DNA of 64,000 nt from the human T2T-CHM13v2.0 reference genome, Homo sapiens: assembly GCF_009914755.1 (NCBI RefSeq), contig NC_060931.1; one strand, written 5' to 3'. Position 1 is the first letter of the stretch; the number at the start of each line of letters is the position of its first letter. The position numbers and the translations under genes are program-made. The notes beneath the pieces were generated by a model, which was not told the origin of the DNA, did no database searches, and worked only from the letters and a program-made list of their open reading frames with translations. Positions 23,593 through 37,010 of the stretch are shown piece after piece.

Positions 23593-23765
23593 AGGAATTC
23601 TTAAAATTGAATGTGCGTAAAAATCACTCAGAGAGCACGTTAACAATGAGGATTTCTGGCCTCATTTTCAGAGGTGCTGATTTTGTTGGCCAGGGAAGAG
23701 GTTCGGGAACCTCCATTCTGGTGATTCTGATGCTGGATGTTCTTGAGTTCTCTTTGAAACACTGG
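23593..23765. mobile_element. MER5A-like hAT-Charlie element
   Basis: TTCTTAAAATTGAATGTGCGTAAAAATCAC..GGTGATTCTGATGC..CTTTGAAACACTGG. Confidence 0.65.
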
Positions 23766-25329
23766 ATTAAAACACAACTTCAAGATAAACCCCTAGCGAT
23801 TTGTCTCACCAGCAAACTCCCTCTTATAAACATGTTGTGGAACTTCACCAGTGAAGTGAAGCTATGAGAACCAGCTTTACAGAATCCTCAGTAGGGAGCA
23901 GATCTGTTCTGTCCACATGGTCTTTGTCCCTAAAGGTCTAAATCAGAAACAGTCAAGTGGCCAAGGCCACTGAGTGGTTTACTCAGGTCTAAAATTCTTT
24001 TAAAATTATTAGCTTTTTTTTTTTTAAGGGAGGAGGTTGAATTCCACAACTAGAGATTAACTTAGAATTATCCCTTTAGTAAGAAGACTTTCAGAGTAGT
24101 ATCAGTTAACTGACCCCTAAACAGTGAAGGAGAAGGATACAGATTCTCTCTTGCTTAGATAGGGCTCTGACAACAGCCACAGAGAGGGAGATAGTGCAGC
24201 AGGTGGCAGCTTGATGTGCAGGCAGAGGAGGGACTTAAAAGGCTCCTGGTATTCCCCAGCGTGGGCCTCTTTGCTTTCAGTGGGGCTGCCATTTGCAGAA
24301 GAAGCTGTGCATAGAGACTTCTCAGGCAGCTCAGCTTCCCAACCTTTCTGAGTATTTTGTTTGTTTAGGTTTTTAATACATCTGACTTCTTAAAAGTCCC
24401 TTCCTTCCCAGGGAATTCACTAATCAAGGTATTACTCTATTTATTTCCATAAACAAATCCTTATGAAAGAATTCATTCATTAATCAAGAAATGTGATCAT
24501 TTCCACTGTTGTACCCAAGAGCTTCAAAGCACCATTGTTGTTCGCATCAATTAATCCAGGTAACTGGGAAATGTGAGTAAGACAGGACTAAAATATATCC
24601 CAACTGATTTTACAAGATTAAAAAAAAAAATCTAAGATATCTAAACTCATGTTGTCTTAAGCATGTTAAGAATGTAAAGAATGTTAATTCTTCATAGGAA
24701 AGAATCACAGCACAGAGGAAAAGACTGCCAAATCTTTTTAGAATAAAATAATTTTATTCTAGAACTTACTGTACCTTGGAAAGTTTCAAGCAGCCCCTTC
24801 CTTTGTACTGTGTAATATACTGGAAAGATACACCTCCTCCAGGTATGTAGGATGCCATGTTAGAGTCTAGCTAGGGACTCTAGCTAGGGAGTATGGAAAA
24901 CAATTTTTGATTTTTTAAAATTAAAATGTTTATGTGAATAAACATTTTGCATAGTGTTTATATAAACATTTTAATGATGTGTAAATTAGTCTATGAATGA
25001 TGGATGTTGAATTTCAAAGATAAATATTTATTGATGTAATTAATTACTTATACATAGTATTAATACTTAATTCAGAGGGCAGTTCATGACTAATAAAAAA
25101 AAGAGTTGGCTATTAGATGGTCATTTAGGAGCAATTCCTTCCAAATAGCAAATTTTGCTAATTTCAAGGCTAAGGCACATGCATTTTTAAATGAGATTTT
25201 CAAAGAAAGTTAAAACAGCACTTGAATTAAGTAGAGGTGATTGAAGTGATAATCAAGTAAAACCTTTATCAAGAAAATAAAATTGACCCATCCCCCACAC
25301 ATTCCACCTACCCAACTAATTAAAAAAAG

Positions 25330-26075
25330 TTTTTTTTTACTGAGATACAATTCATACACCATAAAATTTAAAAATAAGATTTTGTAGTTTTTAGTATTCC
25401 AAAAAGTTGTACAATACTCACAACTACCTAACTCCAGAATATTTTATCACACTAAAAAGAAACCCTGACCCATTAGGAAGCACTCCTCATTTCTCCCTCC
25501 CCCACCCTCTGGCAACTACTGATCTAGTTTTTGTCAGTGTGGATGTGACTATTCTGGATATATCAAATAAAGAGAGTCATACATGTGGCTTTTGTGCCTG
25601 ACTTCTTTCACTTATCAGAATGTTTTCCAGACTTGCACAGGTTTGAGCATGTGTCAGTACTTCATTCCTTTTTATGGCTAAATAATACTCCATTGTATAA
25701 ATATAGCACATTGCTTACCTACTTATTCCTACTTATTCATTAATAGATACTTGGGTTGTTGCTATTTTGAGCTATTATGAATAGTGCTGCCATGAGCATT
25801 GTGTGCAAGCTTTTGTGTGAATATATTATTTTAATTCTCTTGCATATACACTTAGGGGTGGTACTGGGTCGTATGGTAACTTTATGTTTAATTTTTTGAG
25901 GAACTGCTAAACTGTTTTAACAAAGTGTCTTCAATTATTTTGTATTCCCATCAACAATGTGTGAGGGTTCCAGTTTCTCCGCATCCTTGCCAACGCTTGT
26001 TATTGTCTGTCTTTTTGATTATAGCTGTTTTAATGAGCACGAAATGGTATCTCACTGTGGTTTTGCTTTGCAGTT
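25330..26075 (-). mobile_element. Old L1M (L1MB-like) 3' end
   Basis: Reverse L1 3' UTR/ORF2-end motifs (GACTTCTTTCACTTA, CTTCATTCCTTTTTATGGCTAAATAATACTCCATTG, GGGTTCCAGTTTCTCC, TGGTATCTCACTGTGGTTTTG). Confidence 0.88.
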
Positions 26076-26849
26076 TGCTTCTTGTCAATATTCTGAAACT
26101 GATTCCATGGTAGAAGGGAGGGGAGTTCATGATGGTTTTTATACCTCTGAATAAACTGAAAAAGGGGTGATTCTAGAATTAGTTAGATTCATTGCTTACC
26201 TATATATTTATATACCACTCCATTAAAAAAGCCTTCATATGGTTCATCATAATGCATTGTATAACATAAATGTAAAAATATATTAGAGTATTAGCTGAGT
26301 AGAAAATATAGATAAGGTAACTTGTAATATGCTATGGGCATATTATAAGGTTTTTTATACTAGCCAGAGGTGGGCTAAAATTTTGTCTTTGAACTTCCTA
26401 GGAGCCAAACTGAAATGATAAATTGAAAACTCCATAGTGCTCATAAGATTAAAAACAAGTTAGAGTCCATTGCTGACTATTGTGGAGTCATTATCTATTC
26501 TCTGCATGAGCCCACCAATATCAACAGGACCCTGAATCTTGACACATTCCTTCCCATTGCTGACTATTCTGGTTGATAGAAGGGTTAAAATCAGCCTGTC
26601 ACATCCATCTGTTAGTACCATGTCTGCTCCTTGGAACCTTTCTCAATAGATATGTTACCCTACTTTCTATCAGCAGCAGTGCAGTTATTTGAAAGTATAA
26701 GGCACCTGTAAAACCTTGACTGTTCCTTCTCCAAGCTGAACACTCACTCTTCTTATGAGAAGCATCAGATGGCTCCCCATTTTCTAAAGATTTAGGTCCA
26801 AACTTGCTGGCCCCTGTTGGGTCCTTTAGCCCCATTTCCCCTCAGCCCC

Positions 26850-27210
26850 TCATGAAATCCAGGCACACTGGACTCACTGTTCATTTTGCCTGGCAGGTCC
26901 TTGTCTCCTCCATTCCCTGTTCCCTTACCACTGAGGAAATTTGAACACCACTCTTCAAGGGCCAAATTCAGATGTTATCTTTTCCTGGTAGGTTCTTAAT
27001 ACCCCCAGGCAGAATTAATTTTCTTTTCTCTGTGTTCCCATAGCACTTTTAAAGCAGCAATTGTATGAATACATCCTAGTGATTTGTTCATGTGTCCATC
27101 TTCCCCAGTAGACCGTGATCAGTTTCACAGGAGAAAACTGTCTTTTTTATATCCTCAGTGCCCAGCACAAAGCAAATACTCAACAAAGGGTAGTTGCATC
27201 AAATTGACTT
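26850..27210 (+). mobile_element. L2 3' fragment
   Basis: GTTCCCATAGCACTT..CAGTGCCCAGCACAAAGCAAATACTCAACAAA. Confidence 0.55.
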
Positions 27211-28289
27211 AATAAATCATTCCTGACTTCTCACTCTCCTGTAAACATGTGGGTTTGTCACTGTCTCTCTTTAAAAGTGACCCCCAGAAGGAAAAATCTT
27301 CTTTCAGATGTTAGCCCATCAATGTGCTAAACACCCATCTGCTCTGGAAATTATATATTTCTATTAATGTCACCTCAGGCTGCATGGGTTTTGTTCATAG
27401 ACACATTCACTATAGCATCCCAGAAAACTTTGCTGAATATTGTGATTATTTCCCCCCTGGGCAAACCACTAACAGACTAGATTTTCCTTTGCTTCTACTT
27501 TCTTATCTAAAAGTAAGTCCTTATATGTATCCTTGATACATTTAATATTGTTTCCCACTAAAAAAGATAAGTTCATCCTTTTGAACTAAAACAGTACATT
27601 TCAGTTTTGATTCTATCATCTGTTATATCCACTCTCTCTTCCAGTTTGATGTCACCTGTGTATGGAAAGATAATGTGAAATATGTGCATTTGCCTTCTTA
27701 ATAATTATTAAGTGTTTAGTAAACAAAGAAAAAATATGCAGTACATCTATTTATTGGGAAGTTTTTGTTGTACTTCTAGAATCCAAGATTCTAAAATATC
27801 ACCATCAAACCTTCCAAAGATGCATGGAGATATTCTTTAGATAGCTTTGGGGAAAACATGTTATCATTAAATATATGTGTCTCTGTCTGATATGTTTCTA
27901 AACCCCACAGAGCCTCTTATGTGCCCCTGCTATGCACTCATGTAGCATCCTGTACCTTCATTATCATAAAACTTGTTACAGTTTATGTAACAGCTTATAT
28001 AATTGTCTCTCCTCCTTTCTAGTCGACTAATTTCTGTTTTACTCAATACCCCAAAAGCTTAGTACATTACCTGGTTAAAATTTTATTTGAGTCAAATCTA
28101 CTTTAGATCAATAATGTAATATGTATAAATACTATATTATTTTGTGTGGTTCAACACTGAATCGGTAACTAAAAAGAGGGTTCCTGATATTTCAAAGTAG
28201 CCAGAGACATTATTTCAGGGACAGCTGAGGCAGTCAGCAGATTAAATTATCTATCTGATAGTACCATTTCAAGTTTACCATAAACAAAT

Positions 28290-28742
28290 TGCCTTAGTCC
28301 GCTTTGTGTTGCTATAACAGAATGCCTGAGGCTGATTAATTCATAAAGAAAAGGGGTTTATTCAGTTCATGGTCTGTAGCCTGGGAAGTTGAAGAAGCAT
28401 GGCACCTGCATCTGCTCAGCTTCTGGTGAGGGCTTTTCATGCTGTAGGACAACATGGCAGAAAGTTAAAGAGGAAATGGACACATAGAAAGAGGCAAAAC
28501 CCTAGGGGCATCTTGGCTTTATAACAACCCACTTTCTCAGGAAGTAATCCATTCCTGTTAGAAATAATTCAGTCTCAAAAAAAGTGAGAACTCACCCCAA
28601 GAACAGCACCAAGCCATTCATGAGGGATCTGCCCCCCCTGACCCAAACCCCTCCCATCAGCCCCACCTCCTGACATCACTACATTGGACACCAAATTTCA
28701 ACATGAGTTTTGGTGGGAACCAACCACATCCAAACCATAGTG
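28290..28742 (-). mobile_element. MST (MSTB/C-like) MaLR solo LTR
   Basis: TTAGTCCGCTTTGTGTTGCTATAACAGAA..GCCATTCATGAGGGATCTGCCCCC..AAATTTCAACATGAGTTTTGG..CAAACCATAG. Confidence 0.85.
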
Positions 28743-30743
28743 CTAATCAAATAATGACTTACATTTAGCAAAATTTAAAATCTCCCAAAATATAGACTGT
28801 AATACTTTATCAATAAACAGTATTAATTTAATCATTCCAAGGTTTATTAGTATTTGTTGCCCTGAAACTTCTATAGAACTCTAGGCTGCAATGCTAAATC
28901 AACTGGGAGATCTTAGGCACTATTCAAGAGGTTTCATCCCTGAAGCACTGAAAAGATCTTATTAGAAGCCACTCACACCATGAAGAAGGTCCCACAGCAG
29001 GAAGTCTAAGGAGAGTGTTATGGTGAGATTTCAGTAAAATTTGGTTTTTAAAAATTCCACTCTGCAATACATCCCCATGATATAAATATTCCTAATTACC
29101 ACAGAATTTCAGTTCCTTCATACAAAATGCTGCATTGCAATTTAGGGCTGCTTAAAATTATCTTAACTTGTCCCATTTGGCAAACTAAGCCAGGGTCTTA
29201 GGAAATGTGGAGCTTATAGTATGCAGCAATGTGGGCAGCTTTGAGAGCTCCCTCCTTCCGGATCTGAAAGAGCCTTTTTGTTGACCCTACACTGAATTCT
29301 TATGTTTGAATGTATCACCGGGATGCAACAGTCAGCTTCTGGGCTAAATGGCAAGAGAAACTTCTGGAACACCAAGACAGAAAAATGTAAAGTGAAAATT
29401 ATCAAAACTAAAGTTTTTCTGATATGGTTTGCTGTTTAATGTACATTCAGTTAAGCAGCTCCAAAGAAAAGTAGGTTTTCTGTTAGCAAATGCTGAAGAC
29501 ACAAAAATACCATTCCTGTCTGCTTTCTTTCTTGTTGGTTAGCTATTGGATGCCATGAAAAATAAAATATGTCTCTATTTCCTGAGCCCACCCAATATTT
29601 TAAATATCTTGACATCTATATTTATGTTCTGTCGAAAAGGTAATAATACGAAGGATTTATTATAAGTCCTGAGCTTTCTTCTTCGAATCACAGCAGCAAT
29701 TATTAAGGATTCACATGCACATGGCATTGAGTCTGTGCTATGACGTAGTCTTGTTTGCCAGAAATTGACAGTTGAAAAGTGACCCCATTAGGCAAGAAAG
29801 ATTTTTCCTCCTTCTCCTACCACCATAACAAATAAAGTACAAGAAGTAAGAAAATGAATAAACATTACACTAATAAAACGCCACAGAGACTGGAAAACTG
29901 TGAAGAAAATGTGGAAGAGGGAGGGGAAAAGATAAAGAGGAAGCGGACCATTAATATAAATAGATTTTAAAAATGATTGCATGTGGCAAATGAGATCACA
30001 CTGTGAGTCAAACATGCCTTTGTATCTACAACACTGCCAGAATTCTCTTTTAATGAGGACCAAGGCATCTCCTGGGGAATAACTTACCTTAGGCCAGAGT
30101 CAAATCCCTCCAGCTTGGTGGAAGATCAGTGCTCAACTTTCAGGAGTGGGATGTACACCAATAGTACCCGTGGATCTACCCTTAAAGCCAACTAAGAAGG
30201 CAGCCTGAGAATGAACACTGAAAGGGCTGTTTTCATAAAAAATCTGTAAGAGATTTTTCTTTTTTCTTTTACTTTTTATTTTAATGAAAATCTTTGGCAT
30301 GCTGTGCCACTACATTGATAAAATGCACCATGAAAAGTGCCCTACTTCATTGGAGAATTCATTATGACTTCGTGGAGCAGAAAGAGTTGGCTCATTGGCA
30401 GCAATTTGAGTGGATTTGGTTCGCTGGAGGTATCATGTTACTGCGTCATCAGTGCAGGTGGGGCTGACTGGCTTTGACAGTAAAAGGAGGTGGCCCAGTG
30501 CCAACAGGGGCAGCAGAGGGGCTGCAGGAGTGCCTTCATAGATGCCGCACAGATGCTGCACACTGCCAGAGCAAATCTCAGGGAAGGAAAGATGGGGCGT
30601 CATACAGTGATTGTGAAGATTATGCTCTTGAGCACATGTGAAACACCTTTCGGAGCTCCTGAATTTAGTAGGCAAGGGTGAATTTTGAGAATAGACTGAA
30701 AGAGTTAACCATAGTTAAGCCTGCCTGGGGTGTAGGTTATGAA

Positions 30744-30875
30744 TAGAGTAACATGTAATTTATTGTACAAACAGAGATGCCTTTGAAAATGAAGGATTTG
30801 CTACTAATAATTACACCAAGACAACAGATATAAACTATGACTGCCCTGGACAAACTGGAATGCATTGTCACACTA
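30744..30875. mobile_element. MER94-like hAT-Blackjack MITE
   Basis: TAGAGTAACATGTAATTTATTG..CTACTAATAATTACACCAAGACAACAG..CCTGGACAAACTGGAATGCATTGTCACACTA. Confidence 0.72.
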
Positions 30876-31892
30876 TGAGGGACTGTCACCTTCGATTGTT
30901 AGTTTTGCCATGCTTGCTCTTTTATTCTAACCATGTACTGTTTTAAAATCAGAAAAATATAAGACACTATAATTTACCAGAAGAAATAAAAATCGAGTAC
31001 GAGGGCAAAGATAGCAGCATAATGTTTACATTGTTAGGGTGACCCTAGTCCCCCCAACCATCATCCCCCTCCTGACCCCACATCACAGTTTAGAAAATTA
31101 CATCTGCAAATTATTCAACATCCACTGGCGACCCCAGAGCAGCCTACCTTCCTTAGCAAGGCCATGCTGTCCCAGCAGTTCTGATGTGCCCTCACTTTAG
31201 TTATTTGATTTTCTGCTTTTTCTCTCTGAGATAGTAGCCTTCCAAGGTTCAAAGGGACATTTGAATGTTAAAAGCCTGGAGGTAAAGTTTACAAACACAA
31301 TGCTTCCTCATCACAGCTGGCCACATCAGTCCTGTCAAAATGCTAATGGTAGAATGTTTCTTTATAAATAGAGTACCCATGAGATCAAGATCTTAATTTA
31401 CTTTGTTCCTAATTCACAAAGGGAAGTTGCCTTCTTTTTTAAAACTAAGTTGAGGTTCTGTCTTTAGTAAATTCTTACATGTAGCTGGAAATTTCCATTG
31501 CAAAGTGTACTTGTTTTGTTTTAAGCTCTTTCCAAGTGACTTTATAACTTTTTTAACGTTTTGGCGTCGGCACTCTTCCTCTGTCCACAGAGCTGGTAAA
31601 GACAGAATTATGAACTCTTCTGGCGTTGTCCCAGCCCACTTCTTGGAGCCTTTATGAGAGAAGAAGTTTGGCAACTCACCTCCCAGTGCCCACAGGGGTG
31701 CAAATGAAGCTGGAGCTGAAGCCATCTATGAGAGCAGCTGGACTGCCAGTCCAATGACTATAACTCTGATAGCTCCACACAAGTTGAGAAGCAGCTTTTC
31801 AGCTGTGACAGGCAAAGCCCAGCAGGGGAAGTAGCTCACTGTCTGGTTTGATTTAAGATCACTGCCAAAAAATTTTCTTCATTAACTTCACA

Positions 31893-32007
31893 GTTATCTA
31901 AGCTCTATGAAGGCAGGGGTTTTTGTGTTTTGCTTATAGGAGTATGCTCAGGGCCTAGAACAGTGCCTGGGTTATAGTAGGAGCTCAAAAATATTTGTCG
32001 AATAAAA
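31893..32007 (+). mobile_element. L2 3' terminal fragment
   Basis: TAAGCTCTATGAAGGCAGGG..CCTAGAACAGTGCCTGG..TAGTAGGAGCTCAAAAATATTTGTCGAATAAA. Confidence 0.8.
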
Positions 32008-32262
32008 GCATATTTCTTCACCTTCAAAATGTCAAGATGGGATATTAATAAAACCTGTATCCAGGACTGATAGTCAGCTGATTTCCATTCTGATATATCA
32101 TTTCAGTGTCACAGGATTGTTGTGGTGATTGTATGAATTAAAACATGAATTAAAGCACTTACAATAAAACCTGACACATATCAAGTGGTTAATAAATGTC
32201 AGCTGCCATCAATTTCAAGGCACAGAGGTTGACACCGAGGAAGATTGGGGAACACTGTAGGA

Positions 32263-32280
32263 TCCCAGCAGGGGGCACTC
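32263..32280 (+). promoter_or_regulatory. Candidate CTCF binding site
   Basis: CCAGCAGGGGGCAC matches the CCASYAGRKGGCRS core at every position; motif match only. Confidence 0.55.
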
Positions 32281-33723
32281 CTGAGTTCAAGAAGCAATAA
32301 CTGGTTCCTGCTGGGTCCTACTTGACTATGGGGAAGGACAGTTGCCAATGATGCTGTAGTCCTTGCTTCATGGGCCCAGGCTTACACCTGGCCAGAGGTC
32401 ATACATTAACTTGTCATCAATAAATGGCATTTATGCCATCTGCACATGGATACTGTTCTCTTAGTGAGGAGATGGCAAAGTTCTGAAAGAATGGATCACA
32501 GGGCAGATAAGTTTTATCAGAGCGTGGGACAGTGCCCAAGAAGGGATAGCCCAATACTGCCAGGGTGGGGCACTTTGGAGGAGAGTGGCTAAGAGTGAGT
32601 GGCACGGGGAGCAGGGTGTAAGCAGAATAGGTAGGGGGGCTCTGCCACTAAAATATCTATTGACTACCCAGGAATAAAATGTGTTACAAAGATGAGAAGC
32701 TCAACAGTATTCTCAGAAGGCTTTTCAACTTAATTTCCCTGTTCCTTTTCCTAATTAGAACCTTGATCAATTTAGGATACAGTATATGGTACTCTTTGGT
32801 TAGGTTTATGTGTATGTAAGAATCAGGTCAATTGTAGAAGGTTAAACTGGATTAGAATGTATACTATTTGTGCATTTGGTAACAATAATTCTTATACTTC
32901 CCATTTGTATAATGCATTGTATATATTATATACAGATAATAATCTATATTATATAGAGGTTATATTATATATAGATTTCTATATATAATCTACTTTGTTA
33001 CTATATATAATCTATATACATTACATATAAAATCTATTTTGTTACAATAACTCTGTGAGGTTTATAGGGGATGTAGTATGAACTCTATTTAACATGTGTA
33101 GAAAATAAGGCATGAAGAATTAAGAGGCAAGGATAGTGGTAAAAGTCCCTGGGGATGGGAAATGGCATTTTCGTTAGTGTTCTACTAATCGTCAGAGCAG
33201 GGTTTTCTGACTTCAGATTCAAAAAAGATTTTTCTTTTCAAGCATACTTGGCTACCCCTCACCCACAGATTAATTGAAAAAGCTTCTGGGCTCCACCAGT
33301 TTTGCTCCCTATTAAATATACTAATTGAAGAGCAAACTAATTCTGTCTCTAAACCAGTCATTCTAGAGGATATGCAAGATGACCCACTGAAGTGTTGGAA
33401 GAAAATGCTAGGATTTACAGTTTTATATTTTTTGGATGTGTTAAAATGAACATAATTCATTACTACAGTATACCTTAATACATATATAAGCACATATAGC
33501 AATACATGTGTAGAATTTATAAGTAAGTGTATTTACAAATATTGAGATGCATACTTTTTTTTTTTTGGCACAGAACCGCAGTTTCAAGAAAGACTGGCAA
33601 CCATTGTTCTAAACTGGTAACTACTCTACCTACAATGTCTGCATTGTTTTTAGCTAAGCACACTTCTCCTTTTGTTTTACCTTATGTTTTGTGCAACAGA
33701 GGGTGGCAACGAGCTGCTGTACC

Positions 33724-33845
33724 CAGAATAACAGAAGCTTTGAGTGAGAAAGGCCTGGAGGGATCAATTCGCCTAACCCCTTCATTTGACAGGGGAAGAA
33801 ACTGAGGCTTACAGGGGTTAAGGGATTTGCCCAAGCTGAAAAGTT
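33724..33845 (-). mobile_element. MIR/MIR3 fragment
   Basis: CTAACCCCTTCATTTGACAGGGGAAGAAACTGAGGCTTACAGGGGTTAAGGGATTTGCCCAAG. Confidence 0.7.
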
Positions 33846-34645
33846 GAGGTTGAGCTCAACAATATGGGAAACGGATGGAAAATCCAGTTAATGCTTAGCT
33901 AGCCATGGTAATGTGTCATGGAGTTGGCTTGCAGAAATTAAATCCGTTAATAATCCCCAAACCTTATTTTAGCCAGAACTTTTAAATGCCTCACCTATCA
34001 ACCCTTTTTTAAAAGATAATAATGTAATGGTTTTGTTTCTCTGGGCACCCATGAATACTGCATTAAGCAAAAATGTCACACATACAGTGTGCACTGGGTA
34101 TCTGGTTATAAATACAAATGTGGAGACTACTTATAGCTATATAATTATATATATATCAATTAGAAAAAACAGTTGCATTGAAACAAGTATACTACCCATC
34201 CTGGCCTGTTGTAAAGAATGGAACAAAATTATAATATTCTCCAACAGGCAAATTATTGCTCACTCAAAATCCACTGAATCTTGAAACACTACCAGTTTTC
34301 TTCTAAAGGGAATTTCATCTCAGAATTTAAGACCAGATCAATGCTGCACTATTTATCACATGCTAAATTCTAGTAAGTATTTGTTTCTATTTCTGGACTC
34401 ACCATTCTCTTCCATTAATTTAGTCATGTACTTCATTACCAGTGCCTAAGGGTTTTATTTACTGAAATATTATGACCAATAAGATTAGTATCCTTTCATC
34501 ACTCTTAAATCTTATAAAGTTTAAACCCCACCACTAGGCAAAATCATTTTGCCTGTTCAAAAGCAAAGCAAAACAAAAATGCCCAAAACTACCATCACGA
34601 ACAAACAGCATACTGGTATTATTGGAAAACTCAGGAAATTTATAG

Positions 34646-35110
<465 letters not shown>

Positions 35111-35508
35111 GAAAACTGTTGACATTTTTTACCAATAATTCAATCTGTCAATTTATTGAATTTTTCTATCGTTTATAACCATTTTTTAGTTGATTCTCTT
35201 GGGGTTTCCACAGGTACACCCATCTCACTTGTGAATAATGACTATTTTGCCTCTTCCTTTCCAATTTTTATGCTTTTTACTTTGTTATCTTATGTCTCTG
35301 CATTACTACTTCTAGAGCAATTATTTAATCGCTTCAATTATTGATGACGTGGAATTTTTTCCATTCTAATGATATTGCAGTGAACATTTTAGAAATGTTC
35401 ACTGCAGCATCATTAGAATGGAAAACAGCAGTTTGGTCATTTTGTTAAGATAGGTTTCTACAAGTGTAATTTGTTGGGTCAGAAAGAATAATTTTAAAAA
35501 GCTTTTAG

Positions 35509-35728
<220 letters not shown>

Positions 35729-35852
35729 TCATAAGGTTCTCCTGGTGACCATCATCACCTTACTTCCACTGTCCACAATCTGAAGGCTCCCAGCACAGTT
35801 GCCCTCTTTCCTCTCCTTCATCCAGGCACTTTCTCTTTGCTGTCCACCAAGG

Positions 35853-36375
35853 GAGGGGTCCCTGAACCCTGGGCCACAGACCAGTAGTGGTCTGTGGCCT
35901 GTTAAGAGCTAGGCTGGACAGCAGGAGGCGAACACCAGGCAAACAAGCAAAGTGTCATCTGTGTTTACAGCTGCTCCCCATTGCTCACATTACCACCTGA
36001 GCTCCACCTCTTGTGAGATCAGCAGTGGCATTAGATTCTCAGAGAAGCATGAACCTTATTTGCACTGCACCTGTGAGGGATCTAGGTTGCATGCTCTTTA
36101 GGAGAATCTAATGCCTGATGAGCTGTCACTGTCTCCCATCACTCCCAGGTGGAACCATCTAGTTGCAGGAAAACAAGTTCAGGGCTCCCACTGATTCTAC
36201 ATTATGGTGAGTTGTATATTTCATTATGTATTACTATGTATTAATAATAGAAATAAAATGCACAATAAATGTAATGCACTTGAATCTTCCCAAAACCATC
36301 CTCCCTACCCCAATCTGTGGAAAAATTATCTTCCACGAAACCAATCCCTGTTGCCAAAAAGGTTAGGGACAGCTA
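35853..36375 (+). mobile_element. MER1A hAT-Charlie element (copy 1)
   Basis: AGGGGTCCC..GATCAGCAGTGGCATTAGATTCTC..GAGAATCTAATGCCTGATG..GGTTAGGGACAGCTA; degenerate TSD CACCAAGG/CATGAAGG. Confidence 0.9.
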
Positions 36376-36489
36376 CATGAAGGGGATACCTGGAAATCCA
36401 AATGAAGCCTCCCCAAATCAAACCAAAGTCAAATACAGAAACAAACTTCCTTCTCAAGTAACACAATAAACAATTTGGAGATGAAATTC

Positions 36490-37010
36490 AATGATTTGGA
36501 CAGTATTTGCTCTTTGCTCACTCTACTTGTGAATCATCCCAGGTTCCCTTTTGCCCTCATTCTTCACATTGTAAAAGATACTAAGTCCAGTAGATTATAC
36601 GTTAACTTCTCTCCTATTCATCCTGTAGTTTCTATCCCCACTGTCACTGCCCTAGTTCAGGAACTCATCCTCTCACACCTGGACCACTATAATACTAACT
36701 GATTTGATCACTTCTGCTCAATCCTTTCTTTACTTCTATTCAGGACCCTTTAATGGCAGGAAAACTTAGGATGACCACCTTCTATCCATCTAGCTTATTT
36801 TTCTCTCCCCACTTATCTACTACCCTCTAGCTTTTCCCCACTATTTGCAGTTCCCTGACAACTTGCAATTTCAAAGTCTCTGTGCTTTGAAGTGCGCCAT
36901 CCAGCTGCAGGAATCTCCTCCTTAGCACCCCAAACCTCCAACAAAATCCTTTTCTACCCTATAAGAGCCAGTTGAAGGGCCACCTCCCTGGTGAAACATT
37001 TCCCATTCCA
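36490..37010 (+). mobile_element. L2 fragment
   Basis: CTATCCCCACTGTCACTGCCCTAGTTCAGGAACTCATCCTCTCACACCTGGACCACT is L2-like. Confidence 0.6.

Noticed and set aside
24866-24891. 13-bp tandem duplication TCTAGCTAGGGA(C/G)
   Set aside because: Ordinary short slippage duplication with no further structure.
31034-31046. TAGGGTGACCCTA, resembling fused hAT-Blackjack termini near the MER94-like element
   Set aside because: Only 13 bp with no 8-bp TSD; compatible with chance.
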